The notes below the pieces were generated by a model, which saw nothing but the letters and a program-made list of their open reading frames with translations, made no database searches and was not told the origin of the DNA. Source: Chrysomallon squamiferum (lineage: Eukaryota; Animalia; Mollusca). Taken from it: a stretch of DNA of 64,000 nucleotides. This document shows, piece by piece, positions 1 to 33,673 of this stretch. Position 1 is the first letter of the stretch. The number at the start of each line of letters is the position of its first letter. Location of the stretch: contig CM022670.1 of the NCBI GenBank assembly GCA_012295275.1, forward strand, positions 62,001-126,000. Reading direction: 5' to 3'. Position numbers and translations under genes: made by a program.

Positions 1-50
1 CCTGTCCCCTTGTCTGAACTCTATGTTGAAGTTCAAAAGAACGGACTTAC

Positions 51-85
51 CTTGTTTGCATCACTGTCGTTTTTTTCTTCGCCAT
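51..85 (-). CDS. First coding exon of an unidentified gene running off the left edge (MAKKKTTVMQT...)
   Basis: Minus strand reads TCAAG-ATGGCG (strong start context), 11 codons plus 2 nt, then a consensus donor AG|GTAAGT at 50. Confidence 0.55.
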
Positions 86-242
86 CTTGAGTTTCCTGTT
101 TCAAACTGTTCTGATTTTCTCTAAAACAACATTTTTTCTTTATATTTGCTTATTTGCTTATTAAAAGAATATATAATTCTAATAAGAATGAAAATGAATA
201 AATAAATCAATCAGGGGTTCAGATGTTGAGCTTATTCGAATT

Positions 243-245
<3 letters not shown>

Positions 246-303
<58 letters not shown>

Positions 304-348
304 GAATGTGTGTGTGTGCGTGTGTGCGTGTGTGTGTGTGTGTGTGTG
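246..348. repeat. Compound (CT)n/(GT)n microsatellite
   Basis: Directly visible dinucleotide runs. Confidence 0.95.
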
Positions 349-407
349 TCCGACAAGTATTTCTGGTGTGTAGTTAATTTTAAGTCAAATTACGTTACAC
401 TATAACA

Positions 408-1064
408 TTACTTGATTATAATGTCCAGCATGCCCATCACGGTCTGGTTATGTAACTCTGACCACAGACTTCCGAGGTCGCCTGCCACTGCTCTCAGTTT
501 CTTTCCCAGACGCCTCATCGTCTTGCTTATGCCGATTTTACGACCGTCTTGAAAAATCATTTCATAATATAACAAATGAAAAGATTAAAGCTCAAATGAA
601 TAGATTTTTTATATATATGCTAAGTTAAAGCTAACTGCTTATGAAGCCATTTTCTGTAACTTCTATTAATATATATTAAAAAACGTCTGTCACCGTTTCT
701 GAACAATAATTATATTAAATATAATAGAAAAATAAAATGAAATAGATTACCTCTCAGTAAAATAAATAATCTAATAATTTTATTAATTACTACATCATCA
801 TCATCATCATCACTGTTGTTGTATTTGTTTGTTTTGTTTATTGATTTTTGTTTTTTGTTTGTTTAATTGTTGTATTTGCTTTTGTTTTATATTATTATTG
901 CTGGTATTGATTATGTTATTGTTGCTAATGTTGTTGTTAGCTAACGTGTGACTTACTTACTTGTCATAAAAACGCGGGATGCTATGATGTAAGCTTCGGC
1001 TCTTTTGTTTTCCGCATCAACAATCGTCTGACAGGCCTCAGCGAGCATCACAAATTCATTACAC
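408..1064 (-). CDS. Candidate small spliced gene or gene remnant, exons 961-1064 and 408-547
   Basis: Two GC-richer islands with TTTAG|...|GTAAGT and TTTTTCAAG| splice sites join in frame: CNEFVMLAEACQTIVDAENKRAEAYIIASRVFMT-N-GRKIGISKTMRRLGKKLRAVAGDLGSLWSELHNQTVMGMLDIIIK*. No recognised homology. Confidence 0.4.
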
Positions 1065-1334
1065 CTAAATAATAACAATAATAATAATAATAATGGTATG
1101 ATCACGACATGATAATTAAATAAATTTAATTTGTTCTTCATCTATTTAATACTTTAACCTGTCAGATTGATAACCTGTTATCCACAATCCAAAAACACCG
1201 TAATATAATTTTTTATATATTTCTCTGTTTTAAACGCATTCATTTAATTTATTTATTTTTACGCAAGATATTGTTTTAATATGAAAAGGTATTTATCATA
1301 ATACGTATATATTAAATTAATAAGAATACATATA

Positions 1335-2069
1335 TAGTGGTACCTTGACTTACGAGTGCCCCAACTTACGAGTTTTCCGAGATACGATCAGTCGCATGAT
1401 TGAATTTGTGCTTTGAGTTGCGAGCCAAAATCCGAGTTACGAGCGAGTTTCAGATACGCCGCCGTTAGTTGGTGGTACGAACAACACAACATCCGGCCAG
1501 CATCCCGCATCTCACTCGTTTACTTCACGTGGTTTCTCGCCGCGGAAGCATCTCTGCTGTGTTGTGTACGCGTTTTGTGCAGTATTTTGCCAAATTTCGT
1601 TTTTCTGTACATGGATCCTAAGAATATGAGTACAAAGTACAGTGCTGAGAAGAAGAATCGGATGATGATAATTGAATTAAAGAATGAAATCATAGAAAAA
1701 CATGACCGAGGTGTGCATGTAGTCGATTTGGCTAGGTAGTACGAGCGTAGTACCATACAGAAGCAGTAGAAGGCCAGCCAAAGGCGTTAAAATAATGTCT
1801 GATCTCCAAGATAAATACACTTTACAAAACCAATTTATTTCTTTACATTCTCTTTTATTTTATTTTATATTTTTATATATATATAATATTTGTCATTTAT
1901 AAATACATTTTTCTTATATAAAAACACATTACAAAAAAATTGGTGCGGTTTGGGGGGACTGGAACGGATTAATGGTATTTCAATTAATTTCAGTTGGGAA
2001 AATTGATTTGAAATACGAGCAGATTTGAGTTATAGCTCGGTCACGGAACGAATTAAGTCAAGGCACCAC

Positions 2070-2071
<2 letters not shown>
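1335..2071 (+). mobile_element. Non-autonomous Tigger/pogo (Tc1-mariner) deletion derivative
   Basis: TIRs TAGTGGTACCTTGACTTA ... TAAGTCAAGGCACCACTG with TA on the left flank; internal fragment KKNRMMIIELKNEIIEKHDRGVHVVDLAR resembles the CENP-B/TIGD N-terminal HTH. Confidence 0.85.
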
Positions 2072-2132
<61 letters not shown>

Positions 2133-2887
2133 CTAATTTTTTTTAAACCCACAGTTATTGTTCTGTTAACAGTATATGGATCATACAAACAGCTAGGAAG
2201 TTTAATTAATTTATTTTATCTTACAATTTTTTTTTTTTTACATTATTATTAAACAATAATTAAAATTTATTAGAAAACATAAACTTACTTTCAGCAGACG
2301 TAAACAAAATATTGTTTTCTAAATGTCCCAGCGTACAGTTCTTTCATTCATTACCCCGCCCATCCCCCATTATATGGCTGTGCATCGATTATCAAGATTG
2401 ATAAATGTATGGGATACATTTAGAGATTTAGTCTGCAGATATTTTACACAAATAAGTTTGTCACATTCATTAAGCTGATGCAAGGAGAACTGACGTTTAA
2501 AACAGTGACCATAAGTTCTCAGCTGAACACAGTGACGTAAATTCTGTCACAACAAACCCTTCACAGTTCTCTCCTATACATTGCCGGAACCCTCATCCAG
2601 ACTGGATAAACATAATTGTTAGATAGTCACTAAAGCAACAGAAAACAGTTTAATTGGTAAAAAAAAAAAAAATGAAAAAAGAAAAAAATTACGTGTTCAG
2701 ATTATCTTCTTTTGTTGATTTAAAGTTGTCCATTCTTGGCGTTAAAAATGGAATGTTATTACGTCATTTGCAATGCCGTCAAGGTTACTTCCATTGTTTT
2801 ACTTCATATTACGTAAAATGTGTCTCTGAAGTTCCAAAAGTCAACAAATTCAAAATTGTTATGAAATTATTTGTTCCCTATACTTGA

Positions 2888-2933
<46 letters not shown>

Positions 2934-3215
2934 CAGAGATGGGTTTTTGGTTGTTCTTTTTTTCATTCAAAACACACACACTGGGTTATTAATATGTTTT
3001 TCTTTTCTTTGTCTTTCTTCCTTTGCTGTTACTACTACTACTATTCCTGCTGATACTGTTTCCTTTTATTTAATTTAATTTAATTTTTTTTTTTTTTTAT
3101 TATTATTATTATTTTTTTTTTTTTAAATTTATTTATTATTTTTTTATTTCATTTTTTTTAGGATTTTTAGTATTTTTCATTTCGTTTCGTTTCGTTTCGT
3201 TTTGTATTTCATATA

Positions 3216-3561
3216 TAGGTACCGGACCAATTATCCGGACTCCATGGGGCCTGAGGCATTCCGGATTTACGGACTTCTGGGTTTACTGGTTTTCTCGTAC
3301 CAAGGCATCTAAATACGTAAATAATTAGGCATAAACATTTTAAAATTAAAAACATAAAGAAAATTGACGAAACACAACTGTGACGACTCGATACGTAAAC
3401 AGTGCGGTGAGTGAATGAACGCCACGTGGCTTGAAAGATAAGTTCCTGTCTGGTGAGGACAACACACGCGCGCGTGAATTATGAAAACAGCGTCGGGAAA
3501 CAACTTCCGGTTTTCTGGACTTTCCGGATTTCAGGACGCCGCATAACTGGTCCGGTACCTG
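3216..3561. mobile_element. MITE with TA target-site duplication (Tc1/mariner-type)
   Basis: Left TAGGTACCGGACCAATTA versus right TAACTGGTCCGGTACCTG, both flanked by TA; repeated CCGGA subterminal motifs; no transposase. Confidence 0.8.
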
Positions 3562-5336
3562 TACCCACAAAGAAGAATCCTCATTCCAAGAAATATAATA
3601 CACCAGTCACTGAGTTGAAAATTGAAATGTTTCTGAGAATCAATCCTGCGACATTGTAACATTAATAACATACTTTCATTTAAATAACCAGAAATAACAG
3701 AGTGCATGAAAAAATAACAACGATGTCAAACATTAACAACTTTATTATGATAAATAAAGATAAATGGATAAATGTGTACATTAAATTATTTCGTTAATGG
3801 TTTTGTTTCGACACGGTAAAAATAACAAAGAAAATTAACAATATTATTTTAAACAAAAAAACTTGATGTTAAAATAAACTGTAAAATTATAAATGCAAAT
3901 GATATTGTATTAAGAATATTTAAAATAATATGCAAGTTTAATAAAATAATAGAAAGATGATGATGATAATAAATAAACTTTTCCTTGCATTCATTGAAAT
4001 TTAATTTGGCATTAAAACAAAAATACCCAATGAGTGATTTAATCAATAATAAAATAAATAGTTATGACTATCCTGTATTATTAAAATACTTATGACTGTT
4101 AATTATGCTGCAAGATTTTCTTTATTATAGGAAAGAAAATAAAGTAATAAAATAATGAAAAATTAAGAAATAAAATAATAAATAAATAAATAAATTCAAA
4201 ACATCTTAGTTCATATTAACTGAATGTATAAATTAAAGGATTAAAGATGATTAAATTTGTCAGAGTTAGAAGTCTTAAATGATCTGAAAATTATTTATGC
4301 CAATGTAAACATCTGACAACACTCTTTAATCGGACACTTTTGGCAATTAATAACTGTTAACTTCAGGCATTTAACATCATCAGTAACAGTATATTTAAAA
4401 AGGTCAGTGAGTACCAGTCAATCTACAGTTTAAAAATATTTAACAAAATAAAAAAAATTAAAATATTGAGGTGGTTATCATGTGATAAAATATTTATTAG
4501 ATAAAAAAAATAATAATAAAATTAAATTTAAAAAAGATAAGAATGAAGGAAAGATTAAAATGGACCTTAAATAAAACGGATTAAAAACTGACAATTGCAC
4601 ATATAAAATTATAATGTTAGTTTTTCAGAATAAATGACAACAACATGTCATCTAATTTGTTATTTTGTGGTTGTTTTTATAGATTGCTAATAACCTCCAG
4701 GGTCAGTTTTACTTCACATAAAAACAATACATCAAATTACATGTTCATTCTTTGCCATACAAAAATCTCTCTGTTTTATTTTAATTTTATTACAACTAAC
4801 ATTCAACATCTCCACAATTCACGGAATATTATGATTTGAGCAATACCCTGTTTTTTCAGGTTCCTAGGTCTGCCATTGTTAATTTTTTTTATTTTTTATT
4901 TTGACTCTGATAATGCAAACACACAACAGTATTTTACAGTCAGAAAATCACTAATAACCAATAGTACTGACATGAACATTAAATAATGAACAAATTAACA
5001 GAAAATACAATAATAAATAGATTTGATATTAAGTTTGAACAATTTTCAGTATTTATTGCTAGAAATATGTCCTTAAAAACTGTATTAATCTCCACAGAAC
5101 TGAATATATTTTGAATATTTTACTTGTTATATGTTGTAAATGCTACAAAAAGATATAATCATTTTGGTATAATATTAACAAATTACAGTAATAAACAATG
5201 TCTTGTGAAGTCATTATGCAGTACATTTTCAATATTTAAAGCTCAAAATTCACTTCATGAAACGGAAGAGTAATATCTTTTAGTCTAGAATCTGCTGCAC
5301 AAAAATAACATTGAGTGAAATGATAAAGAATAACAA

Positions 5337-5467
<131 letters not shown>

Positions 5468-7129
5468 TGCATGCATACATCCACAAAGAAAGAAAATGTA
5501 ATTTTCAGTGAATTACCACAAGGTTTGCTATACTTTATTATTGGTAAAGGTTGATTGGCTATTAAAAAAAAAAAAAAAATTATATTTCAGAATTATTCAT
5601 ACCACCACAAGTACACTTTAACAATAAAATAAAATAAATAATTACTATGATGTTTACAAAATACATTATACATTGTAATGAATTTAACATTAGTAAAATC
5701 AGAATAAAATTTAATTATGTTGCATTTAACTTGTATAAAAATTAAATAACAAAACCTGCACAATAACTTCACAGACAAATCCAATATATTTGACTGTAAT
5801 GTTACAAATATGACAGATATGATTCCTGACAAAAATTAAATGAAATCAGAAATTTATAATATGGATATGGAAATCTGTAATTACTGTTAAGATATGCCGT
5901 TTGGGTTCAGTTTTAGACAGTATTTTAATAATATATTAAACAAAATTGTTTGTTTGTTGTTTTTTTTCGTTTTGTTTTTTCCAGAAATGGAATTATGTGA
6001 CACTTCATAAATATTTAAAATTGATAAGATCAATAAAAATTTAAAAAAAAAGAGAATATGGTGACAACCAATTTTTGTTGATGAATATTGAATAATAATA
6101 AGAATAAAAAGAAGTATCGTTTTACAACAGATGGAAATACACAGATAAACATGTAAGTTGTTAAACAATACAAATCTTTAATAATCTATAAAGTAAACCA
6201 ATATATCTGCTTAAATGTATGCTGTGGATTTACAAATAACCTGAAAACATTTTTGTGGATTTATGTTAAACTGACATGGATAAGGAACAGGACAAAAATA
6301 GCTGTGATGAACTTACTGACAGAGAAATCATAAATAATGAGTTATGTCCCTTAATGTTAGTGAAAAGTATGTTTTTTGGCTTTATTTTAATTATTTAATT
6401 TTATAAACAAGTTTTAAAATATATATATATAAATGCTAAAGCATTCATGGATCAAAGAAGGGATAATTGTTAAATAACAGATTATTTGAAATTTTTTAAT
6501 TTTGAAATAAATAATAATAAAAAATATTTTGGCTGAAGTTATTTGCTCTCTATGGAGTGCTCATTTTCTGATTAACTGAGGTTTTACAAAAACTTTAAAT
6601 AAATTATAACCAAAATAAAATCATTGTGATATCTGCTAAAATTACTTAGCAAACAACTGCATTCAGTGACCCTTAATACAAATAAATACATAAATAAATA
6701 AATAAATAAATATAATTTTGTTGACAAAATTTTTATAAAATAATATATTTAGCTATCATTAACATATCAATCCATTCTAAATAAATATAATATTATTATG
6801 GCAAGAAGGTTATTTGCTGTCTTTGTACATTTAAGTTTAATTTATGTATAGTAACAAAATGTTGATATGGTAAAAAATTTATTTACCATATCTAAACTGA
6901 TGTTTGCTATCTTAACATAAATTTATTGTATCGAACAGTAACTAACGTGGCATCATTTATTTATTTTACTGAAAAAATGTTGCTATGGTAATATTTATTT
7001 TATAGAAAATAATTGTTAAGGTGATAATTTAAGCACAGCTCCAGACTATTTAAAACTGATATTTTTATTATTAAAACTGGAAATGTGAGACTGAATTCAG
7101 CCTGTGTAAAGTGTAGGTGAGAGAACTCA

Positions 7130-26333
<19,204 letters not shown>

Positions 26334-26819
26334 TGTGTCCAAATAAAATCATAACTTCAGTCTTTTTTAACAATTCATGATTTAATCATTTCATGATAAT
26401 TACCTGTAAAAAAATATATATCTTTAGACAACAAAATCTATTTGATATGACAAAAGTACAAATCTACGTTTTAGAGCAAGTATATAATAATAATCCTTTG
26501 GAAATAATTACTGCCAAGACATTTTAAATATAAGCATAATTTCATTAAAATTGATATTTACTATTAATTTATACTTAGAGAACTTTTATCAACATAACCA
26601 AACAATAAAACTTATTGTTTCTAACATTTTATTTATTAATCATCCTATAAAAATAATTTGAAAGTGTGCATGTAAAACAAAAACAATAACAGCAAAATTA
26701 ATTTCATAAATATTGATCCTTTCTCTCTCTTAGTACTTTGGAAATTATATTACTTTGATTTATTATTGTTAATTTATTATTTATTTATTCATGTGTTATT
26801 CTTTTTTTTTTTTTTAGTC

Positions 26820-26852
<33 letters not shown>

Positions 26853-26898
26853 TTTTTTTTTTTCCAGACGTGGAAGTGTGTGTGTTTCTTTTATAGGA

Positions 26899-26939
<41 letters not shown>

Positions 26940-27049
26940 AAATTTCCATTTTGTTTTATATTATTTTAGAACATTTTTTTAAAATGCATTATTATTAATA
27001 TAATAAACAACGATCAATTAGATTTTAAAATCTAAACATTATGAATGAG

Positions 27050-27600
27050 ACTGACAGTTACACTGTGACGTGCGAATTGGCCAAACGTATCAAGTACTGA
27101 CGTAATTGAAAACTTTACTCTGTACCGAATAGTCTTAAATTCATAGTATTGTCTTAGAATAATGAATATTAAGTAACCAAACTGAATAAGTCATTATTCA
27201 TATCAAAAGTTTCTTTTATCTTTCAAAGTAAAAATTAGATATTGGAAGTCGAAAACGTACTGATTAATTAACTGATTAAACGTCCACTTTCATTAAAACG
27301 GAAACACAAACAGTGAAAGTGAAAATAATCTTTTATATACTGATATTAAAAATAATAATAATCAATACTCTGTACTGAATAGTCTTAAATCCATTTCAAA
27401 AGTTTCTTTTATCTTTCAAAATAAAAATTAGAAATAGGAAGTCGAAAACGTACTGACAATTAACTGACTAAACGTCCACTTTCATTAAAACGGAAACAGT
27501 GTATTAACTTATCAAGGGAACCAACTCTAATTTGTTGTCATCATTATTATTTCCTATGATCTTAGTATGACGAATTTTGTTGTTTTAGCAAAATATTAAT
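27050..27600. promoter_or_regulatory. Probable bidirectional promoter region for INPP4 and REP, containing a direct duplication
   Basis: Divergent start codons 1.3 kb apart (26333 and 27612); local CpG enrichment; TGACGT motifs near 27066 and 27098; duplicated block 27116-27306 / 27366-27497. Confidence 0.55.
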
Positions 27601-27611
27601 TACTATATAGG

Positions 27612-30600
27612 ATGGCGACAGATTTACCTTCGGAGTTTGATGTGGTTGTTCTAGGAACAGGTATATAAAAATAATCAAACTGTAATTAATAACTTAATGG
27701 AAAATTAATAGAAAAATCATAAAGTGTTGACCTCAACTGGACTATCACACTATGCCTCAAGGCTTCTGACGTTCTATCGAGTCACAAGACTGAGCTTTCA
27801 AGGCTGATGATGATCATTAATAATTAAATAATAATAAATAAAAGAAAGAATTCCAGGCCGATGTATTATAATCTTAATCTAATTTCATTTTATCTCCATA
27901 ATATTCTCTGTATTTGTTTAATCTTTAAAGTTTAAATGTTTATTTTAGAACATACACATTTAATGATTTAAACATTAAAGATTAAACAAATATATATATA
28001 TATTTTTTAATTGTTGTTTTATATTGAAATTTTCACAGGAAAATACAGATATAACATTCAGATAAGAAACTTGAAAAATTGAATATTAATCAAATAAATA
28101 ATATCTAAGTAACATATTATTAAACTAAAGCATTTATTTGTATTCATTTTTAAAAATCCATCTTAAAAATCCAACAACATAATTGAAATTTAAAATTCTT
28201 TATAAGAAATAAAAATCAACAGAAATATTAAATTTCTAATTTTGTTTAACCCTTAGGTCTTCCAGAAAGTATAATAGCAGCTGCATTTTCAAGAAATGGA
28301 TATAAAGTTCTTCATTTAGACAGGTAATAATTAACAAAATTATATATATTTTAATTTATTTTTCAAAGCTAAATTCCAGTGCTTATTAAGTTTCCACTTT
28401 CACCTTGACATTAAATAAATGATATAATTAAAACTTAGTAATACTTTATATACAATATCTTTATGCTAAGATATAATTCAGTAATAATAATTATACATTT
28501 TGTTTTCAGGGAAACCATATTTTAAAAGATGAAAAAAAAAATAAAAAATAAAAATTATATTATGATCTGAAATAACTTTATTATTTATATTTTTGTTTTG
28601 TTTTTTTTCCATCAGAAATCCTTACTACAGCAGCTCATGGGCATCTTTCAGTTTGTGCAATCTTGAAGGCTGGGCCAAATCATATGAGGTAAAAAATAAT
28701 TATGTTCTTTTTTGAGTATTGATTATTATTATTTTTAATATCAGTATATAAAAGGTTATTTTCACTTTCACTGTCCTTGGTTTTGAGTTTTAAAAAAAAC
28801 AAGTTGAAAGTATTGATAAATTGTAAATAATGTTTTTTATTTGTTTTACCAACAACAACAAAAAGAGTGATTAAAACAAAAAATAATGATAATAATTGAT
28901 TTATTGCATGTATTTTATATCATCGCTGGAACATTTTTAATTTAAAACTTTCAGAAATGCGAAGAGAGCAAGCCAAGCAGAGATTTCAGTGACCAGGTTA
29001 AAGAAGATGAAGTTCTTATCAGTATTCCTTCACATGCTCAAGACATCTCTAATGTCAAAATACAAGACCATGTCAGGTAGAATCAATGTTCCCTTTTAGT
29101 GATTCACTACAAAAATAGGGCTGGGAAATGTTTTATTTAATAACATGCTCAACAGTTTTTATTTTATAGTTTTTGTGTACCATTTCATAAACAAGGGAGT
29201 GCATACCATGGCCAGTGTTATAGCTGTTCTGGAGCACTTAATGAGAAACTGATTAAAGAGACCACCAAATGTAATCAATACAATGATTTCTGCACTTTGA
29301 GTGGACCCTTTACCACTAAACTCCACCCCACATTCTAATGTACATTTAATATAAAATTTTGCTTATGTTCTTAATTTTAACATGAATAATATATTGAATA
29401 AATAATAAGACATCAAGTATATTATTTAAACAGATATAACATTAGCCCAAATTCATCAGAATCTTAGTAATATATGAAAGTAAATGATGCAGTATCATAT
29501 ATGATAGGTTAATCAGTAAAAAGTGCTTTAAAAATATTCAAATGACAACAAAACAAAGTTAATTAAAAGAATAACAAACTTTATAATCACTGTAAGTACT
29601 CTATATATTATATTTTTACTGTTTTTAGTGAAGTTATTTATTTTTATTATTTATTTAGTTATCTGTTTAAATTACCATTTTAAAAAATATAAATCTTTAA
29701 GTCCATAACCCCATTGTATATTTTTAATATTGTTTTTAGCAAAAAGTTATTTTATTTTATTTTTTATTTTGTTGTTGTTGAGTTGTTTATTTATTATCTG
29801 CTGAAATTTCCATTTAAATATTATATATATATATAATTTGACATTCTGAATCTATTTAATGCTGCATAGATACTAACATTTTTATTTATTTTCAGTGAAA
29901 ATTCCTCACCATCAGAAAATATTTCTCAAGAAAATCAGTGTGATAAATCTTTGCCAAAGTCTGAGATTTCTAAAAGTCAACAAAGTCAATGTAAGACATT
30001 TAATACTGATGAGAAAAATGAAGACATTAACAGAGATTTGACAGAAGGTGCTGGAGATAATCTCTCAAAGAAAGACACCTGTACTACAAATGTACAGAAG
30101 GATAATTTTAAAGAGAGAGAAAAGACAGATACAAATGCTGAATCAGATCTAAATAAGTCAACATCTCTAACACAAACTGCTGAATCTCAAGAGGAAAGTC
30201 TTAATTCTTCCAAAAATACTAAAACTCTGCCAGAGTCTGAGCAAAAGGAAACCTTGTCTGATATTTCCTCTCTTGATGAACAAAAGAGTGAACAAGAGAA
30301 GCTTGAAACATCTGAAATTATCAGCCCTGAAAACCAATCAACAGCAGGAAAAAGTGTGAAAGATCAAAAGAAAAGATGGACAGTTTCTGATATTAAAAAG
30401 GAATGGAGAAAATTCAACTTGGACCTAGCTCCAAAAGTAATTAGTTACTTGAAAAGTATAAAATAAATTAATATAAATTTTATTCATAGAATTAAATTTT
30501 TCTAATTATGTAGCATATTTATGTTATTTCTTTTCATTAAAAATTATTTTACAAACATGTTTTATAGCTCAGTTACTTTCAGACATTGAATTTGGTACTA

Positions 30601-33079
30601 TAGTTACTAGCAAAAAGTTTTTGATTAGACAAAGATATATTATCTCTCACTCCCTTTGTCTCTCTCTATCTCTTTCACTCTGTCTCACTCTGTCTCTCTT
30701 TCACTGACTGATATCAGATTCTGTCCCATTTTGTTTCATTCTCTTAAATTCTATATTATTTATTTCTGCCTCTATCCACATGACTGCTCTCTTTTTCTAA
30801 TATCCGTAATTGTTTTCTCTCCAGATTTTATACAGTACTAGTAAAACAGTGGAACTGCTAATCTCCTCAGATGTGGCAAAGTACTGTGAGTTCAGAACAC
30901 TCAGCAGAATTTTAACTTTTCTCAATGGACAACTTGAAAAGGTGGAATAATTTTTTGCCATTTATTCTAAGAAATCACAAAATAAAAGTGTCTTTCTTTT
31001 TCTTTGTTTTTTTTTTGCCAATTACTAATAAATCTGAATTATATTGCAAAACAAAAATAATTAAATTTATGCTACTGTTTCTTCTTGATTATGATTTAGT
31101 AGGGAACAAAATGGCAAATATGTATACGTAATGTTAATATGAAATTTAAAAAAGAAATGTTTAGCAAATAGTTATCTTAATATTTCCATTTTTCTCAAAT
31201 GAACTCACTCCAGTATATTATGACCATGATGACTAAGGTATAATGAGTCAAAAAATTAATCATTATTGTTATCTTTTACTGAGATAATTCCTGTCCAGTC
31301 AGTGTTAAAGATACAGTTTTCTGAAATCCATCATATAAAAATTATCATAACAATTTTTCTGCAGACTAAAGACATTTGCTTTCACATTTCCATTTTCATC
31401 ATTAAACAAATTCATATTTGTCCATTTTAATTATTAAAATATAAACAATACTGCAATTTTGTCAAACATATGTTCATTTTTTATTTAATTATGATGAATA
31501 ATGAATAAACTGCATTCTTAAAGCAGTGGATGATGATTTCATGTTTCAGGTTCCATGTTCCAGGGCTGATGTTTTTGGCAACAGGAAAGTTTCTGTTCTT
31601 GAAAAAAGAATGTTGATGAAATTTCTGACATCTTGTGCTCAGTCTGATGAACATCCTGAGTTTTATGAAGGTAATAATTGTTCCTCCTATCAAAAGTCTT
31701 TGTTTTATTTTCTGTAAGATGACTGCCACAGTTTTATTTAAAAAAAAAAAAAATATTAATAATAAAAGAAAAACAAATTTATCTCTCAAAGACATAGTAA
31801 AGAACACAGTCCTGCACTAAATTAACCTGCAAAACTGACTTCTGAAATTGTTAAATATTTATTCAAGCATTATGCAAAAACACATATAAAATAAACTCTT
31901 TTACATATTTTTAAAAATATAATTGTTTTTGTTTTTTGTGTTTGTTGTTGTTGTATTTTTAATATTAATATAAGGTTGTTATTAAAAGTCTTTAAATATT
32001 ATTTATTCCTATATAAGGAACTGTTTGGAATTTTGTTTTTCTTGGGGGGGTCATATTTTCTTCTGAAAAGTTAATTTTTATGACAAGAATGAAACACTTT
32101 AATAGCTTTTATTATTTTCTTTTCAGACTTTGAAGAAAAGCCTTTCCATGATTTTCTGAAAGCCAAGAAACTTACTGCAAACATTCTTCATTTTGTGCAG
32201 CATTCCATTGCAATGGTTACAGATGAAGCGACTACAAAACAGGTGTGTTACAATATAAATGCAGAACTTGTATGGATCTTTGATAGTTTTCTGTTTACTG
32301 TTTCAGAAATATGAATAAAAACATTTCTTTTTACATCAATTTGTCTCAGGACCTCTGAAGTTACTTTTGCACTAAAGCCATTTAAACAGGTTATTAACCA
32401 TTTTTATAAACATTTGTTAAAAATTGCAGGGAATGATGAAGATGAAGCGATTTCTTGGATCACTTGGTCGTTATGGAAACACAGCTTTCCTATTTCCTCT
32501 GTATGGAAGTGGTGAACTGCCCCAGGCTTTCTGCCGACTATGTGCTGTATTTGGTGGAACATATTGTCTTCAGATGTCAGCAAGTGCTCTGATTATCAAA
32601 GACAACAAGTATGTATTATATACAAATAAAATTCAAACAGCCACACTTCAATGCATTTTTACTTTTAATAAATAATATTCCTGTAGAATCACTACATTTG
32701 TTTACATATTCCATGATAACTAATAAACTTTAATGTGTTTTTTTACCTTTAACAAATAATTCTCCAATAGGATCACTATATTTGTTTGGTATTCTATAAT
32801 AATTAATAAACTTTCAAAAGTACTGCCAAACTTTAATGTATTTTTCTGTTGAGTAATATTCCAATTTCATTTGTTATATATTCTGTGATAATAAACTTCA
32901 GAGGACTATTGTAACTAATTGCTGTTCTATATATAATTTTTTTTTTTTTTAAATGGAAAACAAATAATATCATCTGTTCTGATAAAATAAAATATGGTGC
33001 ACTATTTTAATTGTTTGTTGTATTTAAGTATGTTTTGTTACATTTGCTATTACAGCAACTACTGCTACTACTACTACTA

Positions 33080-33115
<36 letters not shown>

Positions 33116-33620
33116 TACTATTATTATTGAAAATAGGTGTTGTGCTGTGATCTCCTCAGAAGGACAAAGAATAGAATGCAAGTAAGTATCATCTCTTTCA
33201 CGTTTTTATATTTATATTATATTATTAACTAGTTAAGTTACAAATTATTCACTGATATTCAGCTATATTCTTTTAAAATTTTTTACTGACTATAACACTA
33301 ATAAAAATTGTATTTCTGTGTTTCTGTATGTGAACAAATATAAAAAGCAATATAATGCTGTCACTATAAATAAATGATATTTTCAGACATGTGATTCTGG
33401 GACCTTCCTACGCTCCTAAAGAATATTTAGATATCAAAAGGTTTGTTTGGTTTTTTATTTCCTTTTTAGCAGAAATATTAATAATCTGTTTTATTAGTTG
33501 CTTGATATAAGTTTAAGAATAAGACTGTTTTAATTCATCAGAGATACTTTTTAGATTTTAATTGTTTATAGAACTATTCATGGTTGAGTAGCTTCTAATG
33601 TGATGATATAAGCCATTTTT

Positions 33621-33673
<53 letters not shown>

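Noticed and set aside
29896-30436. Long acidic low-complexity REP exon
   Set aside because: The insertion is an established REP feature relative to RabGDI.
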